From the NCBI GenBank assembly GCA_050011375.1, contig JBEKJF010000002.1:1-57282 (forward strand): a stretch of 57,282 nucleotides of DNA, read 5' to 3'. Shown piece by piece: positions 24,931 through 34,014 of this stretch. The stretch is from Candidatus Sulfotelmatobacter sp. (GTDB lineage: Bacteria; Acidobacteriota; Terriglobia; Terriglobales; Acidobacteriaceae). The notes beneath the pieces were generated by a model, which was given only the letters and a program-made list of their open reading frames with translations, searched no databases and was not told where the DNA came from. Positions within the stretch are counted from its first letter, which is position 1. Each line of letters begins with the position of its first letter. Made by a program: the position numbers and the translations under genes.

Positions 24931-26628
24931 ATGCTGAAGACCCTCCCCATTGCGCTTTTATGTCTGTGCTTTGTTGCGCCGGCGCAATATGCGCATGCCG
25001 CTGAGGATCTTTGCCCGCGCCCTTTGCCGGGCAGCACTGTCACCGGTCCGACTGATCTGCGCAGCCGCAACGGAGTGCTGAAGGTGGAAATCACCGCCCA
25101 CAATGCGAAGCAAAGCGACGGCACGACTCGCTACTGCTTCGTCGACGAGAACGGATCGGAGTCACCGACTCTTCGTGTAAGTCCCGGCGATCTTGTCATC
25201 TTGACGCTGAAGAATGATTTGACCGTGCTCACTTCCGGCGCAGCGATGGCCCATCGACACGCGCACGAGGATGCGGCGAAGAATGGCAATTCGTGCACCA
25301 GCGAACTGATGACGCGGGAATCTACGAATCTACATTTCCATGGCTTGACGATTCCTCCAGTTTGCCACCAGGATGATGTGCTGCACACGTCGATTCAGCC
25401 GGGCGATACGCCGTTCGAATACCGCTTCCGCATTCCGGAGAACGAACCTCCCGGGCTGTATTGGTATCACCCGCACATTCACGGTTTCACCAAAGAGCAG
25501 GTGCTCGGCGGCGCATCGGGCGCCATCATCGTCGAGGGAATCGAGCGTGCCGATAAGGCAGTTGCGGGACTGCCGGAAAGAGTCTTGATTATTCGCGATC
25601 AGGATCTGCTGAACCCGAACGCTCCGCCTTCGAAATCAGAACCAATTGTTCCGAAGATGCTGTTTGATCGCGATGGAGACGCAGCCAACACGGGCACAGG
25701 ATTCGGCAAGCCCGCGAAGGATCTGTCGATCAATTTCGTGCCCGTGCCTTATCCGGATTACCGGCCGGCTGTCATCGAAATGAAGCCGGAGGAGCAGCAA
25801 CTGTGGCGCGTGGTAAATGCGTCAGGAATCACCTACCTTAACCTGCAAGTCCTGTTCGACCATGCTCCGCAGAAACTCGGCCTTATTGCCATGGACGGTG
25901 TGCCATTAAACGCGAACGGTCTACCCGCAGATTTTGTGGATTGGCAAACGCATCTCGGAGTGCCGCCGGGGGCGCGCGTGGAATTCATCGTGAAGGGGCC
26001 ACCAGCAGGCGTTTCGGGACTTCTAGTCACGAAGACGGTCGACACAGGCGCTGGTGGCGAGAACGATCCTAATCGCACGATCGCCTCAATTACAGCTTCC
26101 AACGATGCGCCGGAGCCGGTCTCAAAACTTGCGGCATCGCCCCAACCGCTTCCGGCTTCGCAGACGCCGTGGCTGGGAAGCGTAGCTCCAGTGCGCACGC
26201 GAAAACTCTATTTCTCCGAGAAGCTTCTCGATCCGGATGATCCCAACAGCGCGACGGAATTTTACCTTACCGTTGAAGGCCAGGCGCCGGTGCAGTTCGA
26301 TCCGAAATCAGGAATTCCAAACATCATTGCGAAGCAGGGCACGGTCGAAGATTGGATCATCGAAAACCGGTCCAGCGAACTGCATGCATTTCATATTCAT
26401 CAGCTTCATTTCATGCTGATTGATTTCCACGGCAAGCCTGCGAACGAACCGTTCCTTCGCGATACCGTCAACGTTCCGTATTACAACGGCAGGGCGTTGG
26501 AATATCCCAGCGTCCGGCTGCGGATGGACTTTCGCGATCCCAATACGGTTGGCGATTTTCTGTACCATTGCCATCTTTTAGAACACGAGGATGGAGGAAT
26601 GATGGGGCTGATTCGCGTAGAGCCATGA
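24931..26628 (+). CDS. Multicopper oxidase (laccase/CueO-like)
   Basis: Copper-site motifs are HFHGL, WYHPHIHG, HAFHIHQLHF and HCHLLEHEDGGMM. The signal peptide starts at ATG 24931 (the track uses TTG 24901). Confidence 0.9.
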   Translation: MLKTLPIALLCLCFVAPAQYAHAAEDLCPRPLPGSTVTGPTDLRSRNGVLKVEITAHNAKQSDGTTRYCFVDENGSESPTLRVSPGDLVILTLKNDLTVLTSGAAMAHRHAHEDAAKNGNSCTSELMTRESTNLHFHGLTIPPVCHQDDVLHTSIQPGDTPFEYRFRIPENEPPGLYWYHPHIHGFTKEQVLGGASGAIIVEGIERADKAVAGLPERVLIIRDQDLLNPNAPPSKSEPIVPKMLFDRDGDAANTGTGFGKPAKDLSINFVPVPYPDYRPAVIEMKPEEQQLWRVVNASGITYLNLQVLFDHAPQKLGLIAMDGVPLNANGLPADFVDWQTHLGVPPGARVEFIVKGPPAGVSGLLVTKTVDTGAGGENDPNRTIASITASNDAPEPVSKLAASPQPLPASQTPWLGSVAPVRTRKLYFSEKLLDPDDPNSATEFYLTVEGQAPVQFDPKSGIPNIIAKQGTVEDWIIENRSSELHAFHIHQLHFMLIDFHGKPANEPFLRDTVNVPYYNGRALEYPSVRLRMDFRDPNTVGDFLYHCHLLEHEDGGMMGLIRVEP

Positions 26629-26798
26629 GCGGTAAGCGCAGGGTTCAAACCGAATTCGTTCTGACACAAAACTTTTCTACAGCATCACTTGCACACCAAC
26701 GCTTCACTCTGGCCCAGCTTCAGGTTGTTTTCCCGGAAGAGTTTTTTAACGTTGGTGTCCCCTTAACCAGCAACTCAACCCCACGAGGAGAAAAGAAA

Positions 26799-28976
26799 AT
26801 GACTGTTACATCACCCGGATCGAAAGGCGTGCATTTTTTGCGCAATGGACTGGCATGGCTTGCCATGTTCCAGCTGGCAATCGGCGTTCCCTTCGCCAGC
26901 GCAGCTGATCAACCCAAACACGCAGCGGATGCGGCGACCACCACGCCGATTAAGCATGTCATCGTGATCATTGGAGAAAACCGTAGCTTCGATCACGTCT
27001 TCGCCACTTACCCTCCAAAAAAGGGAGAGACTATCAATAACCTTCTCTCAGAAGGCATCGTCCAGTTGGACGCCAACAAGAACGCGGTTGCCGGGCCCAA
27101 CTTTTCACAAGCTCAACAGTTTGCCGCCACGGATACCGACACCTTCCTGCTAGATCCGCCGACGCAGGAATTTCCCAGCAACCTTCTGCCTGCGCCGCTA
27201 GTGGGCGGGCCGAAAGGGGAGAACGGATATTTCACGGGTCCCGCCTCCTGCCCGGCGTTTCCAAACCTCACTCCACTGCAGTGCGCTGAAATTACGGAGA
27301 ACGGTCTGCCCGCCGGCCATTACTATGCTCTGACCAGCGGCGGCTCCGGCCTCTCGAAGTACACTCCCGATACGCGCATCACCAACGTTACGACGCTGCC
27401 AGCCGGACCGTTTCAGTTGACCAACGGCAGCACGTTTACCGACGACTCCTACGCGGCGAGCCCGGTCCATCGCTTCTACCAGATGTGGCAGCAGATGAAT
27501 TGCGGTTTGGGTCACGCTACCAGCAGCAATCCTTCTGGTTGCAATTCGCAGTTGTTTTCCTGGGTTGAAGTAACCGTTGGGGCGGGCACCAATGGCACCA
27601 CGCAACCACCGCTCTGTTCGACGGACGGCAACACGCTTCCCTGCTTCACCACCAATTACTTGCCCAGCGTCCCTGACGCGCAAACCACGGGTGAAGGATC
27701 AACCTCCCTTGGTTTTTACAACATGCAGAAGGGCGATGCTCACTACTTCAAGAACCTGGCGGATGAATACACGATCAGCGACAACTTCCATCAGTCCGTC
27801 AGCGGCGGCACCGGGGCCAATCACATCATGTTAGGTCACGCCGATGCGATCTGGTTCAGCGATAGCAATGGCAATGCCGCGGAGCCACCGGAGAACCAGC
27901 TCGTATTTACCGCGCCCTACGACGGAGGCCCGAATCCGGACGAAGGAACCGTGAGTGAAGTTATGAATCCCAACCCCGCCTCCGGCACTAACAACTGGTA
28001 CACCGAAGATGGCTACGGCAACAGCTACAACTCCGGCTACCCGCCACCGTATTACACGAATCCGGCTTCGGGTGGCGGATCGTACAGCAATTGCTCCGAC
28101 ACCACGCAGCCGGGCGTTGCGCCGATCGTGGATTACCTCAACTCCCTCGGCATCGACCCGCGCTGTCAAACAGGCCACTACTACCTGCTGAATAACTACA
28201 ACCCAGGCTATTTTGGCAATGGCAACAATGCCTATATTGACCAGAATCCTTCCAACACTCCGTTTACGATTCCGCCTTCGTCGACGCCCAGCATCGGCGA
28301 CGACCTCAACAGCCACAACATTTCGTGGGCGTACTTCGGCGACCAGTGGAACAACTACGTCAACGATCCTTACCAGTTGAATTACGGAACCAATGGTCCG
28401 AATGCCGACGAATATTGCAATATCTGCAACCCGTTCCAGTACGACACGTCCATCATGGCGAACCCGGCTCAGTTGGCGGAGCACATTCAGGATTCCATCA
28501 ACCTGTATGCGGACATTGCCACGGGAACTTTGCCGGCGGTTTCGATTGTGAAGCCGAGCGGTTACGTCGATGGCCATCCGGCATCGTCGAAGCTCGATCT
28601 GTTCGAGCAATTCACGAAAAAAATCGTGGACCTGGTTCAGGCTTCGCCGTACTGGAACGATACCGCGATCTTCATCACGTTCGACGAAGGCGGCGGCTAC
28701 TATGATTCAGGCTACATTCAGCCCGTCGACTTCTTCGGCGACGGAACTCGCATCCCGCTGCTCGTGGTCTCGAAATACTCCACGGGTGGGCACGTTAATC
28801 ACGACTATGGCGATCACGTTTCGATCGACAAGTTCATCGAGAGGAACTGGAGCATCGGCACGATCACTTCTCGCAGCCGTGACAATTTCCCGAACCCAGT
28901 TACGACGGCGAGCAATCCTTACGTCCCAACGAACGGACCAGCACTGACTGATTTGTTTGGAGCATTCACGTTCTAA
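26799..28976 (+). CDS. Phosphoesterase family protein (phospholipase C / acid phosphatase AcpA type)
   Basis: ATG 26799 with a GAGGAG SD and a signal peptide. The hallmark IKHVIVIIGENRSFDHVF is present. Confidence 0.85.
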   Translation: MTVTSPGSKGVHFLRNGLAWLAMFQLAIGVPFASAADQPKHAADAATTTPIKHVIVIIGENRSFDHVFATYPPKKGETINNLLSEGIVQLDANKNAVAGPNFSQAQQFAATDTDTFLLDPPTQEFPSNLLPAPLVGGPKGENGYFTGPASCPAFPNLTPLQCAEITENGLPAGHYYALTSGGSGLSKYTPDTRITNVTTLPAGPFQLTNGSTFTDDSYAASPVHRFYQMWQQMNCGLGHATSSNPSGCNSQLFSWVEVTVGAGTNGTTQPPLCSTDGNTLPCFTTNYLPSVPDAQTTGEGSTSLGFYNMQKGDAHYFKNLADEYTISDNFHQSVSGGTGANHIMLGHADAIWFSDSNGNAAEPPENQLVFTAPYDGGPNPDEGTVSEVMNPNPASGTNNWYTEDGYGNSYNSGYPPPYYTNPASGGGSYSNCSDTTQPGVAPIVDYLNSLGIDPRCQTGHYYLLNNYNPGYFGNGNNAYIDQNPSNTPFTIPPSSTPSIGDDLNSHNISWAYFGDQWNNYVNDPYQLNYGTNGPNADEYCNICNPFQYDTSIMANPAQLAEHIQDSINLYADIATGTLPAVSIVKPSGYVDGHPASSKLDLFEQFTKKIVDLVQASPYWNDTAIFITFDEGGGYYDSGYIQPVDFFGDGTRIPLLVVSKYSTGGHVNHDYGDHVSIDKFIERNWSIGTITSRSRDNFPNPVTTASNPYVPTNGPALTDLFGAFTF

Positions 28977-29040
28977 CTGGCGCGGATGCAACTGCCTGGA
29001 TTGATTAAGGCGGATTGATTCAGGCGCCAGTCAAATTAAT

Positions 29041-29076
29041 AGCCGATCAGGAAGAAATCCCTGATCGGCTTTTTTA
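29041..29076 (+). terminator. Strong hairpin terminator between convergent genes
   Basis: agccgatcagg-gaagaaat-cctgatcggct followed by ttttt. Confidence 0.8.
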
Positions 29077-29118
29077 GTTCAAGTTGGATTGTTAGTTCGG
29101 ACTCGAATCGCTGAGAAT

Positions 29119-30405
29119 CTAAGGCGTCACTTCAAACGCGACGCCACTGCCAGAACTCCCACCGTTAAAGGTGGTGCCGTACAGATTGCCCGCGGCGTCA
29201 GCTACTAATCCTCCGGTCGGACCGCAGCCGTCATTTCCGCCGGTAAAAGAGTAGAGCACGGTCTCGTTTAATGCCTGCTTGTTTTGCGCAACCTCGAAAA
29301 CGACGCCATTGCCATTCGGATACAAGCCGCACGCGCCATTCACGATGCCGCCTTGCTGCGTTACTCCGTATTGCAGCTCTCCATGCAGCAATACGGGCGC
29401 CATGGGCTGCGCCCCGTTGGTAAGGTCGAAAGCGCTTGCGGTCAACTGCCATCCGCTTGCGGTTTGCGCCAGTTCGTACACGCCTCCGTAAGGTCCGGCG
29501 CCTCCGCCGTTGATTGTTGTTCCGTAGATTCGATTCCCGCGTAGCGTTACCCCAGCCTCTGGCAGATTTCCGTCGGAGCAATCATAGTTTGAACAAAAAT
29601 TGTGAATGATCGCCTCGTTCCACGTTCCATCCGATGCGGCAGTTAATTCAAAGACGGTACCGGGAGCCCCACCGCCAAGAAAAGTGTGACCTCCATTTAC
29701 GGTCGTGCCAAACAGGTTACCGCTGCCGTCAAAGACCAACGCGCTCGCCGGATTCGCACCATCATCCGGATTGCCCTCAAAAGAGTGCAGGACATTTTCG
29801 CTCCACTGTTCGGTACGCACCAATTCGAACACGACCCCACACCCATAGGTGCAGTCGCCCGCGCCTCCGTTGTAGGTTGTACCGTAAAGATTTCCTTTGT
29901 CATCCAGAATCAGCGCATTGTCGGGCGTTCCTCCGTCCGTACCGCCGGTGAAGGTATGCAACAGCCTTTCCGTCCATCCGGTTTCCGAAGGAACCAATTC
30001 GAAAGCCACACCGCATCCTGCCGAGCAGGTGCCGCTGCTAAACATTCCCCCCTGCTGCGTGGTCCCGTAAAGATTTCCCTTCGCGTCGAGAACGACGCCG
30101 CCGAGGGGGCCGCCTCCATCGGCGATGCCGCTGAAGCTGTAAAGAACCTTCTCCGTCCAATCGCCGTTCGCCGACGGAGTCAACTCGAAAACAGTTCCGC
30201 CACCGTGGGCGCCCCCGCCCACCGCGGTGCCGTAAAGATTTCCCGCCCCATCCATGATCAGCCCGCCCCCGGGCAAAGAGGCATCCGAACTGCCGCTGGT
30301 CCCGAACGTATAGATCACCTTGAACGGGGATGCGTAGGCGCTGCTTGCAATGGCCAGCACGATTCCCAAACCAAGAACGGAGGGCAATCTCAGATTGCTT
30401 TTCAT
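29119..30405 (-). CDS. Secreted GloVer (Gloeo_Verruco) tandem-repeat protein
   Basis: A signal peptide is followed by ~8 repeats of the G.GNLYGTT..GG....G.VFEL type. Confidence 0.8.
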   Translation of the reverse strand: MKSNLRLPSVLGLGIVLAIASSAYASPFKVIYTFGTSGSSDASLPGGGLIMDGAGNLYGTAVGGGAHGGGTVFELTPSANGDWTEKVLYSFSGIADGGGPLGGVVLDAKGNLYGTTQQGGMFSSGTCSAGCGVAFELVPSETGWTERLLHTFTGGTDGGTPDNALILDDKGNLYGTTYNGGAGDCTYGCGVVFELVRTEQWSENVLHSFEGNPDDGANPASALVFDGSGNLFGTTVNGGHTFLGGGAPGTVFELTAASDGTWNEAIIHNFCSNYDCSDGNLPEAGVTLRGNRIYGTTINGGGAGPYGGVYELAQTASGWQLTASAFDLTNGAQPMAPVLLHGELQYGVTQQGGIVNGACGLYPNGNGVVFEVAQNKQALNETVLYSFTGGNDGCGPTGGLVADAAGNLYGTTFNGGSSGSGVAFEVTP

Positions 30406-30582
30406 GGGGAGCTCCCTCAGAAGACGTCGAGCGAAAAACAGCTTATTTTGGATGAAAGCTCGACCTTCAGGGTTGGTTCCCTTTCTGGGAGTTTCGAAGG
30501 ATGGGCTTCACTCATAGCTAACCAACCGAGGCGAATCCTGCGCGGATGTCCTCTCATCCTTTATCCTAGTATTCGAATTCTT

Positions 30583-33102
30583 ATGACTCCGAAATCCAAG
30601 ACTTCCAACGGCAACGCCGCCGTTCTCGAGAGCGCGTCGAATAACGTCAACCTGGAGCGCGAGCGTGTCTTTAATGCATTTCGCCAATGGGGATACCTTG
30701 AGGGCGATCTCGATCCCCTCGGCTTCCTCCGTCCGCGCATCGCTCCCGAGCTACAAATCGAAGGCGAGTACGCTCGCGAAGCTCGCGCGATTTATTCCTC
30801 GACCATCGGCGTCGAGATCAATCACATCTACGCTCCCGAACGCCGGCGCTGGATTTATGAGCGGATGGAATCGCCGTCTCCTGAATTCGACGTTACCGCA
30901 GAACACCAGCAGCGAATTCTCGACCTGCTCATCCGGGCCGACACCTTTGAGCAAGTCATGCAGCAGCGTTATCTTGGCAGCAAGCGCTTCTCGCTCGAAG
31001 GCGTCACGGCACTGATTCCGCTGGTCGATGAACTGCTCGATACTGGCTCGCGCCTCGGCGCTTCTGAACTTGTGATGGGCATGAGCCATCGCGGACGCCT
31101 TAACGTGATTGCCCAAGTTGCGAAGCGGCCTGCCAATGAAATTTTCGCTGGCTTTGAAGACGTTGACCCGCGCAGCGTTTTAGGCTCTGGCGACGTGAAG
31201 TTCCACATGGGCGCCACCGGCGAATACGTCACGCGCAGCGGCAATAAAGTTCATATTCACCTAGTGTCAAATCCCAGTCACCTCGAAGCTGTCGATCCAG
31301 TGACTGTCGGTCGAAGTCGCGCCAAACAGGATCGCTTCGGCGAAGGCGGGCGCGAAAAATATCTTCCGCTGCTGGTTCACGGCGATGCAGCATTTGCTGG
31401 ACAGGGCATTCTTGCCGAAACCATGAATTACGCCGACTTGCCCGGCTATACCGTCGGCGGAACAATTCATGTCGTGGTTAACAACTTGCTCGGGTTTACG
31501 ACCAGCTATTTCGAAGAACACTCCACGCGGTTTGCCGCCTGCATTGCGCGTCGCCAGTCGATCCCCATCTTCCATGTCAACGGGGAAGACGTAGACGCGG
31601 TTGTCCGCATCGCCCGCCTTGCCACGGAATACCGCTACCAGTTCGGCACTGACGTAGTCATCGACCTCATCGGCTACCGCCGCCACGGACACAGCGAAGT
31701 CGACGACCCCACTGTTACCCAGCCGCTGCTATATAAAAAGATTAAAGAGCATCCGCCGCTGTGGTAGATTTATGCCGACGACATCGGCGCAACCGACGCC
31801 GCAGCGCAGGCAGCCGCCATTAAGGCGGAGTTTGAGTCGGCGCAGAAAGATGCCGGCAAGATTACCAAGAAGCCGCTGATGCGCGACCTGCCCAACTACT
31901 GGGATCAATATTACGGCGGCCTGCACAAGGCGGAATTTGAAGTTGAAACCGGGCTCTCGATGGAAGAGTTGGGCGGACTTAGCGAGCATCTCACTACTTA
32001 CCCAGAAGGCTTTCACATTCATCCGAAGGTGAAAAAACTCCTGGAGCAGCGCGCTGAGATGGGTGCAGGCAAACGGCCGGTCGATTACGGAATGGCGGAA
32101 GCTCTCGCATTCGCCAGCCTGGTGAAGGCCGGGACTCCCGTTCGGCTCTCGGGGCAGGACTCACGGCGCGGCACTTTCAACCAGCGCCACTCCGTTCTCA
32201 TCGATATCGAAAACGAAAACGAATATGTGCCGCTGGAAAACATTGCGCCAGACCAGGCGCGGTGCGGCATTCACAACTCAACTCTTTCTGAACCCGGCGT
32301 GCTCGGTTTCGAATACGGCTACAGCCGCGACTATCCGGAGGCGCTCGTTCTCTGGGAAGCTCAGTTCGGCGATTTTGTGAACGTCGCGCAGGCCATCATC
32401 GACCAGTTCATTTCCGCGGGCGAAGCCAAGTGGAGCCTGCTCTCGGGTATCGTACTGCTCCTGCCGCACGGCTACGAAGGCCAGGGACCGGAGCACTCCA
32501 GTGCACGCATCGAGCGCTTTATTCAGCTCGCTGCGAAGCATAATATTCAGATTGCGCAGCCTTCAAACGCCGCGCAGTATTTTCATCTGCTCCGCCGCCA
32601 GGCCCTGCGCCACTGGCGCAAGCCCTTGATCGTCTTCACTCCGAAGAGCATGTTGCGTCATCCCGACGCTTCATCGCCCATCGCAGATTTCACGCGTGCG
32701 ACTTTCCAAAACGTGATCCCCGACATGGAAGTTGAACAAGCCGACCGCATCCTGGTCTGCACTGGCAAGATCGGTCACGAACTGCAAACGGAGCGCAAGA
32801 AAAGAAAAGACACTTCGACGGCGATCGTGTTTCTCGAACAGCTCTACCCTTTCCCGGAGAAAGAACTCGCCGAGGAATTCGCCCGCCACGGCAGCACCGG
32901 CGACATCGTCTGGGTGCAGGAAGAGCCTGCGAACATGGGAGCGCTATACAACATGCTTCCGCGCCTGCAGCGCATCGCCGGCGAACGCCACGTGCTTTCA
33001 GTGAAGCGCAGTTCCAGCGCCAGCCCTGCAACCGGCAGCGCCAAGGCACATGAGGTAGAGCAGAAAACGCTGCTGACGCTGGCCTTCACTACCAAGGGAT
33101 AA
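30583..33102 (+). pseudogene. sucA: 2-oxoglutarate dehydrogenase E1 component interrupted by one in-frame TAG (31765-31767); pseudogene, sequencing error or readthrough
   Basis: The two track ORFs (ending 31767, starting 31879) are in the same frame. Translation across the stop is continuous: ...LYKKIKEHPPLW*IYADDIGATD...KPLMRDLPNYW. The true start is ATG 30583 (MTPKSKTSNG...). Confidence 0.85.
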
Positions 33103-33139
33103 ACGAAGGCAATCGCAACGGCACGTGGGCAGACAGCCG

Positions 33140-33166
33140 CCTTCGGCAAGCTCAGGGCAGGTTCTC
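33140..33166. repeat. 27-nt repeat ccttcggcaagctcagggcaggttctc
   Basis: 26/27 identical to the reverse complement of 41734-41760. Confidence 0.85.
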
Positions 33167-33229
33167 GGCTGTCCAGCGACAAAGGGTAGCGCACTCATCT
33201 CTTTGAAGTTGTTGTGCCGAATGCCACTT

Positions 33230-33255
33230 ATGACTATAATGACCATGATAGTCAT
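33230..33255. promoter_or_regulatory. Inverted repeat ATGACTAT-N10-ATAGTCAT overlapping a TATAAT; candidate Phd/VapC autoregulatory operator
   Basis: atgactataatgaccatgatagtcat lies 23 nt upstream of the antitoxin ATG. Confidence 0.5.
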
Positions 33256-33277
33256 CTGGATCATGTGAGGTTCCCCG

Positions 33278-33529
33278 ATGAACGCGCAAACCTGGACAGT
33301 GGCCCAAGCCAAAGCAAAATTCAGCGAAGTGATTGACCGCGCTATTTCGGAAGGGCCGCAGACCGTAACGCGCAAGGGCCGCACCGCGGTCGTCGTAGTG
33401 GACGCGGAAGAGTGGGATCGAAAAACCAAACGCGTGGGAACTCTTGCGGAATTTCTTGCCAACTCCCCGTTGCGCGAGGGGGGATTGAGGCTTCCGCGTC
33501 GCACTCGCCCTCGCAAGGTCGAGCTATGA
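33278..33529 (+). CDS. Type II antitoxin, Phd/YefM-like
   Basis: 83 aa, MNAQTWTVAQAKAKFSEVIDRAI...TVTRKGRTAVVVV. It has a 4-nt ATGA overlap with the following PIN gene. Confidence 0.85.
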   Translation: MNAQTWTVAQAKAKFSEVIDRAISEGPQTVTRKGRTAVVVVDAEEWDRKTKRVGTLAEFLANSPLREGGLRLPRRTRPRKVEL

Positions 33530-33948
33530 CCTTTCTACTCGATACTAACGCCATTTCAGAATGGCAAAAGCTCCGGCCCAATCGCGGCGTGCTCGCCTGG
33601 ATGGACGCCACCGACGAAGACAGCCTATTCCTGAGCATCGTCACGCTTGCAGAACTACGGTATGGAATCGAGCGTATGACCGTGGGGGGCCGGCGTCGGA
33701 GGTATGAGCAATGGCTGGAATACGAGTTGCCGCTGCGATTTGAAGGAAGAATTTTGTCCTTGGGTCCGGCAATCGCCGATGCGTGGGGAAGACTGGTTGC
33801 CCGTGGCGCGGCAGCGGGACGGCCGATCAACGCCATGGATGCCTTCTTGGCTGCCACTGCGGAAGTTCATCGGCTGACCCTGGTAACGCGCAACGTTTCA
33901 CATTTTGTCGTCCTCAAGGAGGTTTTCAATCCTTGGACTGAGACCTAG
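33526..33948 (+). CDS. vapC: PIN-domain toxin VapC (FitB-like)
   Basis: Contains MTFLLDTNAISEW...IVTLAELRYG...DAFLAATAEVHRLTLVTRNVSHF. The acidic PIN residues are present. Confidence 0.9.
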   Translation: MTFLLDTNAISEWQKLRPNRGVLAWMDATDEDSLFLSIVTLAELRYGIERMTVGGRRRRYEQWLEYELPLRFEGRILSLGPAIADAWGRLVARGAAAGRPINAMDAFLAATAEVHRLTLVTRNVSHFVVLKEVFNPWTET

Positions 33949-34014
33949 ACGATGGGTCTCTCCCATTCTCTGTTATAGCCGCGAGTGTTAAGGTAAGTCT
34001 CCGAATTCAACCTC

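Noticed and set aside
29686-30582. A 299-codon N-terminal extension of the sucA ORF in the track.
   Set aside because: This part is antisense to the GloVer-repeat gene and looks like high-GC noise. SucA-like sequence starts only at ATG 30583.
31765-31767. The TAG in sucA as a recoded sense codon (pyrrolysine-type, or a reassigned genetic code).
   Set aside because: TAG terminates many well-defined neighbouring genes at the expected protein ends, so the code is standard. Isolated readthrough cannot be excluded, but nothing in the sequence supports dedicated recoding.
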